Below, one piece after another: positions 1 to 9,826 of a DNA stretch of 32,000 nucleotides (position 1 is the first letter of the stretch; each line of letters opens with the position of its first letter). Position numbers and translations under genes: made by a program. This DNA is from Opitutales bacterium. Lineage in GTDB: Bacteria > Verrucomicrobiota > Verrucomicrobiia > Opitutales > PNEW01. The notes under the pieces were generated by a model that did not search any database, was not told where the DNA came from, and worked only from the letters and a program-made list of their open reading frames with translations. The DNA lies in assembly GCA_965219535.1 (NCBI GenBank), contig CBDCNV010000001.1:1710001-1742000 (forward strand), written 5' to 3'.

Positions 1-138
1 ACCGCCTTCCAGGCTGTATCGCATCGCCTCATGTAATCGAGGGGGTCGATCATTGGCGGTGGGCAGATAACGGTTTATTCCTTTTCTCGCCAATTCACTA
101 TAGTGATCAAGCATGGATTCAAATTCTAAATCATTCAT
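1..138 (-). CDS. Polyprenyl (FPP/GGPP) diphosphate synthase family, N-terminal fragment; the gene continues beyond the left window edge
   Basis: Not in the ORF track. Reverse-strand translation from ATG (complement of 136-138) gives MNDLEFESMLDHYSELARKGINRYLPTANDRPPRLHEAMRYSLEGG, open to position 1. The 'L.EAMRYSL..GG' stretch matches the conserved N-terminal helix of trans-isoprenyl diphosphate synthases. Confidence 0.6.
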   Translation of the reverse strand, partial: MNDLEFESMLDHYSELARKGINRYLPTANDRPPRLHEAMRYSLEGG

Positions 139-382
139 AATCTTATCTGAAATTATTCGCTTAAGACTAATAAGTAAAAAATAACGCAATTAACATTTAT
201 TCTCCTCGTCCCAGTTTTACTTCTTTGCAATGATAAGGGGAGCTGTCAGACGTCACGTTGTATGGGTTTCCTTTTTTCCTTGGCTTTTATTAGATTTTAG
301 AATACCAAAAATAGTGTTTTTTTTAAGATGGAAAAAGGGGCGGATCAAAGGCCAATAAATAGAAGATGTATTTATTGATAGG

Positions 383-700
383 ATGCCGACATACGAATAT
401 AATTGTAAATTTTGCGGTGAAGAAATCGAAGTATTTCAATCTATCGTTGCTAAACCGCTCGTAAAATGTCCAGCTTGTAATCGGCGGGGATTAGTGCGTC
501 AAATCGGATCAGGAGCTGGTATTATTTTTAAAGGCAGTGGTTTTTATCAAACGGATTATAAGAATAACGGGGATTCAAATAGAGAATCAGAATCAGCTTC
601 TAAGAGTGACAAACAGGCGGACAAGTCTAAAGATTCAAAAGAGTCGAAAGAGAAAGTAACGACTCCACCGGCGAAATCAGAAAAACAGAGTAAAGAATAA
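383..700 (+). CDS. FmdB-family zinc-ribbon protein with a Lys/Ser/Glu-rich tail
   Basis: The N-terminus MPTYEYNCKFCGEEIEV...VKCPACN has two CxxC pairs and the 'YEY.C..CG' signature of the FmdB/CxxC_CxxC_SSSS family. 'GSGFY.TDY' follows. The C-terminus is low-complexity. Confidence 0.85.
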   Translation: MPTYEYNCKFCGEEIEVFQSIVAKPLVKCPACNRRGLVRQIGSGAGIIFKGSGFYQTDYKNNGDSNRESESASKSDKQADKSKDSKESKEKVTTPPAKSEKQSKE

Positions 701-712
701 ACGATAAATTTT

Positions 713-1387
713 ATGGCAAAGCAAACAGAAGAATACGACCCCAGTCTAATTGGTATTATTCTTACGGCAGTTTTAGGGAGTCTTTTAGGATTACTTCTAG
801 CCGGGATAAACACTGCTTTTTTACCTATTAAAACGGTAAAAGAACTTCCTGCACTGGAAGATCGCGAGAAAAAAATGGTTTACTATGTCCCCGGAGATGA
901 GAAGGGAGGTAGTACTTGGAAAGCTAAATCGAGAGCTTATATGCAACAAAGTGCTGGAACTTTAATCCTTACTGAGGGAGAACTGAATTCCTGGTCTCGC
1001 AATTCATTTAAACCTGATCCCAGCAATAAAGATGAAGGGGGGCTTCTTGGTTTTAAATTGAAATTAACCGCACCGAATTTCAGGATTTCCGATGGTGAAT
1101 TTCAAATATCGGCAAAAATGGATGTATCCGTAATGGGAAAGAGTGGCAGTATTATATGTCAGTCAACCGGTTCATTTTATAACATGGGCGGTTCTTATAC
1201 ATACCATGCAGATACTGGATTCCTGGGATCTTGTCCTATCCCCACCATAGCTGATCTTCCGAACCGCATATTTAATCTTTTGGGGAGAGGTTTTTTGGAA
1301 AGTGAGGCATCTGATGAGCTAAGTGGTCCCTGGAATCAATTGAATGATGTTTTGGTCGAAGGGAATCGATTAAAACTGGTGAGATAA
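713..1387 (+). CDS. Hypothetical membrane-anchored protein
   Basis: 224-aa ORF starting 12 bp after the FmdB stop. It has a single N-terminal hydrophobic helix (LIGIILTAVLGSLLGLLLAGINTAFL). I recognise no family. Confidence 0.55.
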   Translation: MAKQTEEYDPSLIGIILTAVLGSLLGLLLAGINTAFLPIKTVKELPALEDREKKMVYYVPGDEKGGSTWKAKSRAYMQQSAGTLILTEGELNSWSRNSFKPDPSNKDEGGLLGFKLKLTAPNFRISDGEFQISAKMDVSVMGKSGSIICQSTGSFYNMGGSYTYHADTGFLGSCPIPTIADLPNRIFNLLGRGFLESEASDELSGPWNQLNDVLVEGNRLKLVR

Positions 1388-1477
1388 GTGAGACGGCATA
1401 AGCTGGTTCTAATTACCAGATAGAGACAAAAAATTTACCTGCGATTCTCTCGTTAAAAAGTGAGCTTAAAAAAAAGC

Positions 1478-2848
1478 TTACAATAAGAGCCAAGTTCCCA
1501 AGCTTAGAAATATAAAAAATCCGGCTACGTCAGACACGGCGGTAAGAAAAATTGATGAACTTTGGGCGGGGTCTAAATTAATCTTGCGCAAGAGTAAGGG
1601 TATGAGTGCGCCTAAAAGGCAGGCTAAACCCATATTCAGGATTAGTGCGATAATTATGATTAAGGCGATGCCCAAACTATGCGTAACAAAGTAAACGGGA
1701 AAGGCAGCAATGATTCCAACCACCGTACCATTGATTAAGCCTTTAGACGACTCCCTGAGACAGAGTTTTAATTGGTCGTCACTATTCACTTCGCCAAGGG
1801 CCATACTCCGTATAGCTACGGCTGGTGTTTGAGTACCGGCATTGCCTCCCAGGCTGGCAATTACGGGCATAAATACCGCCAATAAAGTGAGTTGTTTAAT
1901 TTGATTTTGAAATAAAAAAATGATTCCTGCGGCCATGAACGCGGTCAATAAATTCACTTGTAACCAGGGATGTCTCTTCCCCAGGCTGTATGATATTTTA
2001 TCGTGAATGCTTTCATCAGAGCCGGCACCGACGAGCTTTTGTATATCTTCTGTGGCTTCATCCTGTATAATATCGATAACATCATCGACCGTAACGATGC
2101 CCAAAAGATCATTATTCGCACCGACCACAGGAAGGGAAACTAGATTGTGTTCTGCTATTAGAAGAGCAACTTGCTCGCGGTCCATTTCCGGCGCACAGAT
2201 ACCTTTAACCTGAATATTCATAAATTCTCCAATTTTATGAGTGGGTTGTGCCAGGATGAGGTCACGGATGGAAACAACACCCAGGAGATGGTTTTCTTTG
2301 TCCACAACATATATATAGTAGAGATCTTCCGTTTCACGGAAATGTTCGCGCAGGTGATTGATAGCTTGATCCGCGCTCATCTCAGGATAGACGGAAGCAT
2401 ATTCCGGAGTCATGATACCACCGGCGGTATCCGAATCATAAGCGAGGAGAGTTTGAACGGTATGGGCAGTTTTTGGATCGACTTTATCTAAGAGGCGTGT
2501 ACGATCATCATCGTCCAACTCGGCGATTATATCAGCGGCATCATCAGGATCAAATTCTTCTATAATTTGAACAGCTCGTGATTCCCTCATTGCGCCGACT
2601 ACTTCAGCGGAATCTTCGGGGTTCATTTCGGAGAGAATCTCAGAAGCGAAATCTTCTGAATATTTACGTAGTACCGTACGCCGATCATCGACGGGTATAC
2701 GTTCAAGCATACGTGCGACTACGGTTGGTGATGTCACCGCGAGTCGCTGACGATCGAGTTCATTCAGTTCTTCTCGAGGATAGGCGAGGAGCTCATCGAA
2801 AGTATAAGCTTCGACATTCTGCCCTGGAGCTGGTCTTTTATTTTCCAT
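1478..2848 (-). CDS. mgtE: Magnesium transporter MgtE
   Basis: 456 aa with the full MgtE architecture. The acidic N-domain reads 'DAADIIAELDDDDRTRLL'. A CBS pair follows ('GGIMTPEY', 'LPVVGANNDLLGIVTVDDVIDII'), then a C-terminal five-helix TM domain ('GGNAGTQT', 'DPAQSSSIFLTAVSDVAGFFIFL'). Confidence 0.95.
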   Translation of the reverse strand: MENKRPAPGQNVEAYTFDELLAYPREELNELDRQRLAVTSPTVVARMLERIPVDDRRTVLRKYSEDFASEILSEMNPEDSAEVVGAMRESRAVQIIEEFDPDDAADIIAELDDDDRTRLLDKVDPKTAHTVQTLLAYDSDTAGGIMTPEYASVYPEMSADQAINHLREHFRETEDLYYIYVVDKENHLLGVVSIRDLILAQPTHKIGEFMNIQVKGICAPEMDREQVALLIAEHNLVSLPVVGANNDLLGIVTVDDVIDIIQDEATEDIQKLVGAGSDESIHDKISYSLGKRHPWLQVNLLTAFMAAGIIFLFQNQIKQLTLLAVFMPVIASLGGNAGTQTPAVAIRSMALGEVNSDDQLKLCLRESSKGLINGTVVGIIAAFPVYFVTHSLGIALIIIIALILNMGLACLLGALIPLLLRKINLDPAQSSSIFLTAVSDVAGFFIFLSLGTWLLL

Positions 2849-2929
2849 CTATAAAAATATTCAATATTAAGCAGGGTAAGTGCTTGAACTCCTTTATTTT
2901 CAACTAAGAAAATCGGCCTGACGAGAGAT

Positions 2930-3493
2930 TCAAATATATTTTTTCACTAATGCGGTCATTGACCGAAATTTAGGGTGGTCCGCTCCTCCAAGGATACTGT
3001 AAAAAACAGCTTCAGAGGGTAAAGTATGACACTTGGCATGATGAAGAAACTTTAATATAGTCTCTCCATCATTAGATCGGCGACAGCCAGTACAATCGTC
3101 AAGGATTGTGACAGAAAAATCTTTTTCCAAGGCATCAATAACTGTTTGATAGACGCAAATAGGTGTTTCTATTCCTCCAATGAGCAGGTGCTCAATATTC
3201 TGATTTTCCAGATATTCCAAAAGGCCTGAAGCTTTGATCGAAGAAAATGAAGATTTGGAATAAACAGCTGTTTGCGGGGCCAATTTAGAAAGTTCTGGAT
3301 GTTGCGGTCCTAATTTATCGGGTACTTGCTCGGTAAATAAAACCGGAATATCCAGTAACTGAGCTGCTTCAACCGCGAAACAGCACCGCTTTAGGAGCAA
3401 TTTTGAGGATTCTATAACTTTCATAATAGATTCCTGCATATCGACAATAAGCAAAGCTACAGTTTGAGTGGAGTTGGTTTCATTTACAGTCAT
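2930..3493 (-). CDS. Isochorismatase-family cysteine hydrolase
   Basis: 187 aa. 'ALLIVDMQ' supplies the catalytic Asp and 'LLIGGIETPICVYQTVIDAL' supplies the catalytic Cys. Length and order fit the isochorismatase/nicotinamidase fold. Confidence 0.85.
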   Translation of the reverse strand: MTVNETNSTQTVALLIVDMQESIMKVIESSKLLLKRCCFAVEAAQLLDIPVLFTEQVPDKLGPQHPELSKLAPQTAVYSKSSFSSIKASGLLEYLENQNIEHLLIGGIETPICVYQTVIDALEKDFSVTILDDCTGCRRSNDGETILKFLHHAKCHTLPSEAVFYSILGGADHPKFRSMTALVKKYI

Positions 3494-3665
3494 CTGAAGT
3501 GTTAGAGTTGTCGGTGTGAGACAGATTACAGGTATAGGCGATGAAGGTTTTCAGTTAATGATGTATCATTTCTTAATCGAGGTAAAAAGTACGATGGGCA
3601 AGCTTTAAAATAATTACTCCGTTGCGAAATCAGATCAATCGAGCGACGATCAATAAATATTTTAA

Positions 3666-4214
3666 TTGATTGGCAAGGCATCAGGAAATGTTACTTTTCT
3701 AGAAATCATGGTGAATACTGAGTGGCAATTAAAGACGATATCAAGGCAATCGCAAATAACTGGGAGTCCTTTCGAAGTAGGGCAGAGAATTATCAGTTAT
3801 ATTTATAAAGATGATAGTGGTGAAATACATCGCGATGACATACATGCCGATGATGCAAATGAATACAATCCGCCCGGTATCCTGTTGGGGTGGTGGGAGC
3901 AAATAGTGAAAAACTATGATAATGAGGCTGAGGCAAGAAGGCAGGCCATTAATTCCAGCGAAGAATTATTTCTCTCTCTTTATGAAGAGGAAGGGGTTAA
4001 AACTCGAGAACGGGAAGTAATTAAGTTTCTGCTGGCCCTGATGCTTGAACGTAAGAAGATTTTAAAACCACTGATTAAAACGCCCGCAGACGCAGTCCAA
4101 AAATATTTACATAATCGGACAAATAGAGAATACAAAGTGCCGATTATTGATCTTACGGCTGAGTCCGTTCAGGAGGTGATGGGGCAGTTAAAGGAAGTGG
4201 TAGTAATGGAGTAA
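3666..4214 (+). CDS. Hypothetical protein
   Basis: 182-aa ORF starting at TTG 3666. An internal ATG at 3708 (MVNTEWQL...) is a more likely start. No family recognised. Confidence 0.5.
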   Translation: MIGKASGNVTFLEIMVNTEWQLKTISRQSQITGSPFEVGQRIISYIYKDDSGEIHRDDIHADDANEYNPPGILLGWWEQIVKNYDNEAEARRQAINSSEELFLSLYEEEGVKTREREVIKFLLALMLERKKILKPLIKTPADAVQKYLHNRTNREYKVPIIDLTAESVQEVMGQLKEVVVME

Positions 4215-4283
4215 CCCCTCCGAGTAAGAAATCCATTACCCTATAAAAGTAATAAGCATCTAAATCAAAAGCCTGGTATAGGG

Positions 4284-4550
4284 CTAGGATTTATCGTTTT
4301 CAGAAGCTTCTATTGTGTTCTCTTCTTTATTTTCTTCTGACTCCTCAGCATCGATCGAAGTGCGTATGTCTTCTTCAACTTCGTGGGCTGCTTTCTTAAA
4401 TTCTTTAATCGACTTACCCATACCCCGTGCTAACTCAGGAAGTTTTTTTGCACCAAAAAGTAAAAGGATAGCAAAAAAAATAATAAGAATCTCTGTCGTT
4501 CCGATTCCCTGTAAGAAAGCGATAAAATTACCATTCAGTAATTCGTACAT
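4284..4550 (-). CDS. tatA: Twin-arginine translocase subunit TatA/E
   Basis: 88 aa. '[38 protein letters not shown]' is the TatA TM helix plus amphipathic helix (the 'FG..KLPE..R..G' motif). The tail is acidic. Confidence 0.9.
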   Translation of the reverse strand: MYELLNGNFIAFLQGIGTTEILIIFFAILLLFGAKKLPELARGMGKSIKEFKKAAHEVEEDIRTSIDAEESEENKEENTIEASENDKS

Positions 4551-4656
4551 AAGTTGAAAGTACTAGAATTTACTAAAGTGTAAATAACCAATATCATCAA
4601 AATGCTCAAGAGGAGTTGAACACTACGCTAAGCGTTTTGAGTGCTGTTAAATGAAA

Positions 4657-6399
4657 TCAAGCACGCTTCTGTGAGATTTCCAATTGACGCGTTGCATGAT
4701 CGGGTTCGAAGAATCCGTGCAATTGGCGAATACGTGTTGGGTGGCGCATTTTACGCAGCGCTTTTGCTTCAATCTGCCGAATGCGCTCGCGCGTTACATT
4801 AAATTGCCGGCCCACTTCTTCCAGCGTGCGACTATATCCATCGACAAGCCCAAATCGCAACGAGAGTACGCGGCGTTCACGCTCCGTAAGACTATCAAGG
4901 ACGTCCATGATCTTTTCGCGCAACAAACTGTAAGCGGTCATATCGTATGGGTTTTCAGCGCCCTTATCTTCAATGAAATCTCCGAAATTTGTGTCATCAC
5001 TCTCACCGACGGGGCTTTGTAGTGAAATCGGTTGTTGGGCCATTTTCATTATTGCTTGAACGCGTTCCACAGGAAGTTGCATTTCTTCTGCGACCTCCTC
5101 AGCGGTTGGTTCGTGACCCAGTTCCTGTAACAATTGCTTTTGAATCTGCATCACCTTATTGAGAGTTTCGATCATATGAACGGGGATACGTATGGTACGC
5201 GCCTGATCGGCGATCGAGCGGGTAATAGCCTGTCTAATCCACCAAGTAGCGTAAGTAGAGAACTTATATCCTCGGCGGTATTCGAATTTCTCAACAGCTT
5301 TCATTAAACCCATATTGCCTTCCTGTATAAGATCGAGGAAGGAGAGCCCCCGGTTGGTGTATTTTTTTGCAATACTGATTACGAGGCGCAGGTTGGCTTC
5401 AACCATTTCTGTTTTCGCGCGGTGTGCGTGTCTCATTCCTTTTCGCACTTCACTAATGATGCGCACCAGTTCCTCTGGATCGATGCACATATCATTCTCA
5501 ATTTTCTTTAAACGAACATGAATTTTTCGCGTATTTATCGAACGATGCTTTTTCGTGCGCGCTTTTTCTGCAAGGGTGAGATTTTCTAAATGCTCAATAA
5601 TTTCTCTTTGCAAGGGATCAATTGTTCGAAGAAATTCTTCAAATACTTTTAATTTGAAGCAGTATTTTTTAAAAATTGGTTTGAGGGTATCCTGATGTTT
5701 GCAAAACCGTGTGAGCGCTCGTTTTTGCCCCAGTTTGCTTGGTGCTTTATCGAGATATTCAGCCCAGGTCTTATCCATTTTTTCACTTATATCCTCGGCC
5801 TTTTCAATCAACTTAGGGAGGGTTTTGAAGTAATTTTCGCGACTGTTAATTTTTTTATCGAGAACTACACGATCAAATCGCTCTTCACGGTTGAGCAATT
5901 TGTGCGCTAATTGGATTTGAAACTTGGTCGACAAGCCAATTGAAAATAACTCGTTTTGTGCCTTTTGTTCCGCTGACTCGATCCGTTTGGATATCGCGAC
6001 TTCTTGTTCCCTTGTAAGCAGTGGAACTTGCCCCATCTGCTTCAGATACATGCGTACCGGGTCATCGAGGATATCGAGGTGACTGCTTTTCATCTGCGCC
6101 TCGTTATGTTTTTCGAGGCGTTCCTTATACATTTCGACTTCCTCAGCATCGATAATATCGATTTCCAGGTTCTCGAGGATGACAATGAATTTTTCTATTT
6201 CATCGGGAGTGTTAACTGATTCAGGAAGAATCTTATTAATATCTTTAAAAGTCAGGTATCCCTGTTCTTTAGCTAGACGTATAAGCGACCGGATTTTATC
6301 ATTTATCTGTTCTTTCTTAGAACCTGATAAGGTTGATTTACGGGTAGCTTTTTTCGCTGTTTTCCTGGTTGCTTTCTTTTTTACTTTAGTCTTTGGCAT
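4657..6399 (-). CDS. rpoD: Primary RNA polymerase sigma-70 factor RpoD
   Basis: 580 aa. Region 1.2 reads '[11 protein letters not shown]'. Region 2 reads '[58 protein letters not shown]'. Region 3 and region 4.2 ('[30 protein letters not shown]') are present. The N-terminus is Lys-rich. Confidence 0.97.
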   Translation of the reverse strand: MPKTKVKKKATRKTAKKATRKSTLSGSKKEQINDKIRSLIRLAKEQGYLTFKDINKILPESVNTPDEIEKFIVILENLEIDIIDAEEVEMYKERLEKHNEAQMKSSHLDILDDPVRMYLKQMGQVPLLTREQEVAISKRIESAEQKAQNELFSIGLSTKFQIQLAHKLLNREERFDRVVLDKKINSRENYFKTLPKLIEKAEDISEKMDKTWAEYLDKAPSKLGQKRALTRFCKHQDTLKPIFKKYCFKLKVFEEFLRTIDPLQREIIEHLENLTLAEKARTKKHRSINTRKIHVRLKKIENDMCIDPEELVRIISEVRKGMRHAHRAKTEMVEANLRLVISIAKKYTNRGLSFLDLIQEGNMGLMKAVEKFEYRRGYKFSTYATWWIRQAITRSIADQARTIRIPVHMIETLNKVMQIQKQLLQELGHEPTAEEVAEEMQLPVERVQAIMKMAQQPISLQSPVGESDDTNFGDFIEDKGAENPYDMTAYSLLREKIMDVLDSLTERERRVLSLRFGLVDGYSRTLEEVGRQFNVTRERIRQIEAKALRKMRHPTRIRQLHGFFEPDHATRQLEISQKRA

Positions 6400-6417
6400 C
6401 TGAGGTGTTAATTAATT

Positions 6418-8250
6418 TTAACTATTTTGAATAGGTGGAATATTTTTTTTCAGGTTTCGCAGTTCGATAATATTTCGCTGAAGTTGCGGAAACTTGTCTG
6501 ATGGAGTAGGTAAGTTAGCGATTTTTTCTTCCAATTTTATCAACCGTTGTCGGAGAAATTTTTCTAAAATAGCTTTGACGCAGGCATTAGCCACTTTGAT
6601 TGGGTCTTCAAAGTGCCTTTCGTCGGCAAGAAGGGAGTAAAAACAATTCTTTTCTTCCTCGTTTTCAAGTAATTGATCGAGATTCTTAATTCCTTCCCAA
6701 AGCCCTTCCTGAATATCTGCAATAACACGTACGAGGAGCCTTCCATAAACTAATTCTGTGTCAATCCATTCAACATCAAGAATTTCGGCAATAGGTAGGC
6801 TCAATGTTGGGCTCTGGAAAACGCAACACAATAGCTCAAATTCTGCAGTTGTCAACTGGGATGTAGCAGATTTCCCCTCAGAATTCTCGTTTTCACGGTC
6901 AGGTTTTCTGCTCTTTTTCCTTTTAAATCGATTAAAATCCGCGCGCATTGACACTGGATCCGCGCCGATAAGCCCAGCTGCTTTTTGCAGGTATTCATCC
7001 TGAGTAACGAGGAGGTCCGATTCATTGATGATTTCAAATAATTGTAATAATGCTTCCGCCTTGGCTTGAGGTGAGGGGTTTTTTTTAGGTAGGAGCGAAT
7101 GAACGAGGAAATCGATCGCGTCTAGCGCCTGTTCCTGCGATTGCTCGAAAGCTTCCTTTCCCTTTTCTACAAGCAAGCTATCGGGGTCAGAATCTGGAGG
7201 CAGTACAATAAAGCGAATCTCGAGCCCCGTACGTAAAGCCATGGGCAGAATACGCAATGCGGCCTTCTGTCCAGCGCTGTCACCATCCAGAACACAATCA
7301 ATAGTATTCGTATAGCGTTTAAGTAAGAGTAATTGAGACTCGGTTATGGATGTTCCCTGTGGGGCGACGGCAGTATTTATTCCGTATTGCCAGCAACGTA
7401 TTGCATCGAGCTGACCCTCAACGAGGACAAAATTTCCGGTCTCATCGACATGGTGGCGAGCATGGTCGAGGCCAAATATCACTTTGCTTTTATAAAATAC
7501 CGGCGTTTCCGGGGAATTAATATATTTCGCCTGACGAGAGGGATCGTCAACCGGGGTGATTGGGAGCTGACGAGCAGTGAAAGCTATCACTTGACCTTGA
7601 TAATCGCGAATCGGGACGAGCAATCTGCCGCGAAATCGCGGTTTGAAATTTCTTGGCTCAGTTTCCCGGTCACGAAAGTAGAAGAGGCCACATTTCTTTA
7701 AAGCCTCGAGGGAGTACCCTTGTTTAAAAAGGAGCTCGATCAATCTAGAATCTTTGGGCGGGGCAAGACCGATTTTGTATTTTTCCGCAATTTGCAGTGT
7801 AAACTTCCTCTCTTCGGTCCAATAGTCCTGAACTTCTTTCGAGAGAGGGTGTTCGCCCATAAAGTTACGATGGTAATAATCACAAGCGCGGTCGTGGATT
7901 TCTATAATTTCTTTACGGACGGATCTCGATTCACTGGTCGGGGCAGCCCCCTGCTCATACTCGAGAGGTTGGTTAAACCGATTGGCAATAGCTTCGACCG
8001 ATTCTGCAAATGTCAATTTCTCATATAATTCGATAAATCGAAAAATATCGCCCGCGTAATTACTTGAGAAACATTTGAACATGTTTCTCTCTGGATGGAT
8101 AAAAAAAGAGGGGGTCTTTTCCGTTGTAAACGGACTCAAGCCGACGAAGTTTCGCCCGCTTTTCTTAAGTGAAACTACAGGGGATACGACATCATAGATA
8201 TTAACATGCTGTTTAATATCATCGATACATTTGCGCGAAATTCGCGACAT
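6418..8250 (-). CDS. dnaG: DNA primase DnaG
   Basis: 610 aa. The N-terminal zinc-binding-domain homologue reads 'GLSPFTTEKTPSFFIHPERNMFKCF', and the ligands are degenerate (see findings). The RNA polymerase/TOPRIM core reads 'VLVEGQLDAIRCWQYG' and 'DGDSAGQKAALR'. The gene ends 18 bp upstream of rpoD. Confidence 0.95.
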   Translation of the reverse strand: MSRISRKCIDDIKQHVNIYDVVSPVVSLKKSGRNFVGLSPFTTEKTPSFFIHPERNMFKCFSSNYAGDIFRFIELYEKLTFAESVEAIANRFNQPLEYEQGAAPTSESRSVRKEIIEIHDRACDYYHRNFMGEHPLSKEVQDYWTEERKFTLQIAEKYKIGLAPPKDSRLIELLFKQGYSLEALKKCGLFYFRDRETEPRNFKPRFRGRLLVPIRDYQGQVIAFTARQLPITPVDDPSRQAKYINSPETPVFYKSKVIFGLDHARHHVDETGNFVLVEGQLDAIRCWQYGINTAVAPQGTSITESQLLLLKRYTNTIDCVLDGDSAGQKAALRILPMALRTGLEIRFIVLPPDSDPDSLLVEKGKEAFEQSQEQALDAIDFLVHSLLPKKNPSPQAKAEALLQLFEIINESDLLVTQDEYLQKAAGLIGADPVSMRADFNRFKRKKSRKPDRENENSEGKSATSQLTTAEFELLCCVFQSPTLSLPIAEILDVEWIDTELVYGRLLVRVIADIQEGLWEGIKNLDQLLENEEEKNCFYSLLADERHFEDPIKVANACVKAILEKFLRQRLIKLEEKIANLPTPSDKFPQLQRNIIELRNLKKNIPPIQNS

Positions 8251-8277
8251 AAAAACTGAGGATCCTTTGCTCTGAGA

Positions 8278-9774
8278 TTAGGGTGTTGGTGATAACGACT
8301 TAAATTCGATATTAGCTTTTTGCCATTGGGGATGATTCGGCGCCATTTGCAAAAACTCTTCATAGAAAATTATAGCATTATGAGGATTATTGATAATATT
8401 GTTGTACCCTCTGGCAAGTGAAAGAGTTATTTCCGGGCTATAAGGAAATTTTTCTTTCGCATTTTTAAGTTCTCTAAAATAACGAAATTGATTTTCATCC
8501 TGGTTGAGTATGTTTAATAACTGCTGGGTGTATGTTATATTCAATGTATCTCGCCGGATAGCTTCCAGTGAGGTCGCTTCAGCATAGCGCAATTGTCCAT
8601 CAAGTTCGAGGGTTTCCGAGAGTTCGTTCCAGGTAGAAGCCTCTCTATCGTTTAAAGCCAGAGATTGTCTGAATTTCAAAATTGAGGATTTATTATTACC
8701 GGATTCTTTTAGTTCACGGGCCTCCAGAAGTAAACTACTGGAAGTGGGAGGCGGGGGTACGGCTAATATATGCGCCACCTCTTGAGTATTGTCTACTAAA
8801 TCGGGGGGTGAAGCAATTTCTGATACGGGTATTTCATCGGATACTTCTTCAGGTGACTCGTTACTTTCTTCATTTTCATCAATTGAGGTGTGAGCCTCAA
8901 TTGAATGTGAGAGAGTATTGTTTTCATTAATATCTTGTTCAAAGACCAGGGATTGCTCACGTATTTCCTCGGTAAGCCGATTCTGTTCGGCCAGGCTTTC
9001 TTCCAATTTCACCTGGCGTTCTCTCCAAATGCGCAATTCTTCCCGCGCAGAGAAAAGAGGCGAAGTAGCGAGCAAGTTGGGGTATTCGTCGTCAATCTTT
9101 TGTAACCATTCTTCAGCTAGTGAGTAATCTTTCTGATCCAGGGCAATTTTCATGAGACCGAGCAGAGGTTCATCGGCATCGTCAATCATTAAGTCCAGTC
9201 CCGCTTGATACCAATTCTTTGCTTGGATTAAGTTCCCCATTCCATGAAACAGTCGACCTAATTGGGTGGCGGTCCGTCCGTCCGGTTTCAATTGATAGCT
9301 TTGGAGATAAGATTCAATCGCGTTATTGGAATCTTTCAAATCCTCATAAATTTTGCCCAGTGATTTCCACACTGCTTGATCATGAGGAAATTCTTCAAGG
9401 TAACGCCTGTAGGCATTAGCCGAGCCTCGTAAATCACCTCCTTGGATAAAACTTTTGGCCGCGTAAATAAAATAATGCTTCTGTGTCGGGTCTACTTCGC
9501 CTAGTTTCGTGAAATAAAAAGCAGCGAGGATATTATCTTCTTTTTCTGCGTATGCGAATGCCAGCGGCTCCAGAATAATAGCCATCCCTGGATGCTTATC
9601 GTTAAGGTCTTCAAAGATATTTATCGCCCGATCTGTATTACCCGTCTCAAGATTATGATTGGCGAGAGATATAGATTCCTCAATAGTTGGTTCCCGTTGA
9701 CTACAGCTTATTTGAAGAAAATATGCTGTGGAGAGGAACATAATCATCAAAGTTCTGCCTCTATTTAGATTCAT
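8278..9774 (-). CDS. TPR-repeat lipoprotein
   Basis: 498 aa. The signal peptide has a lipobox-like 'FLQISCSQ'. TPR-like helical repeats sit at both ends, with an acidic/Pro-rich low-complexity centre. The gene ends 27 bp upstream of dnaG. Confidence 0.75.
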   Translation of the reverse strand: MNLNRGRTLMIMFLSTAYFLQISCSQREPTIEESISLANHNLETGNTDRAINIFEDLNDKHPGMAIILEPLAFAYAEKEDNILAAFYFTKLGEVDPTQKHYFIYAAKSFIQGGDLRGSANAYRRYLEEFPHDQAVWKSLGKIYEDLKDSNNAIESYLQSYQLKPDGRTATQLGRLFHGMGNLIQAKNWYQAGLDLMIDDADEPLLGLMKIALDQKDYSLAEEWLQKIDDEYPNLLATSPLFSAREELRIWRERQVKLEESLAEQNRLTEEIREQSLVFEQDINENNTLSHSIEAHTSIDENEESNESPEEVSDEIPVSEIASPPDLVDNTQEVAHILAVPPPPTSSSLLLEARELKESGNNKSSILKFRQSLALNDREASTWNELSETLELDGQLRYAEATSLEAIRRDTLNITYTQQLLNILNQDENQFRYFRELKNAKEKFPYSPEITLSLARGYNNIINNPHNAIIFYEEFLQMAPNHPQWQKANIEFKSLSPTP

Positions 9775-9826
9775 ATGGGGATACTTTAAACTTCCGCGTT
9801 CAAGAATTACCTGTCAAGAACTGAAA

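Noticed and set aside
2849-2929. A possible Mg2+ (M-box) riboswitch upstream of mgtE.
   Set aside because: Only about 80 nt separate the mgtE start from the upstream gene's stop. That is too short for an M-box of about 160 nt, and no conserved M-box sequence was seen.
4702-4717. A 'GGTTCGAAGAATCC' T-arm-like string that could suggest a tRNA.
   Set aside because: It lies inside the rpoD coding region (region 4 / C-terminus), no cloverleaf can be drawn around it, and the loop length is wrong.
9728-9826. The N-terminal extension of the 380-aa ORF (MERNIIIKVLPLFRF...).
   Set aside because: It would overlap the start of the divergent TPR gene (which ends at 9774). The internal ATG at 9827 is followed directly by a textbook signal peptide.
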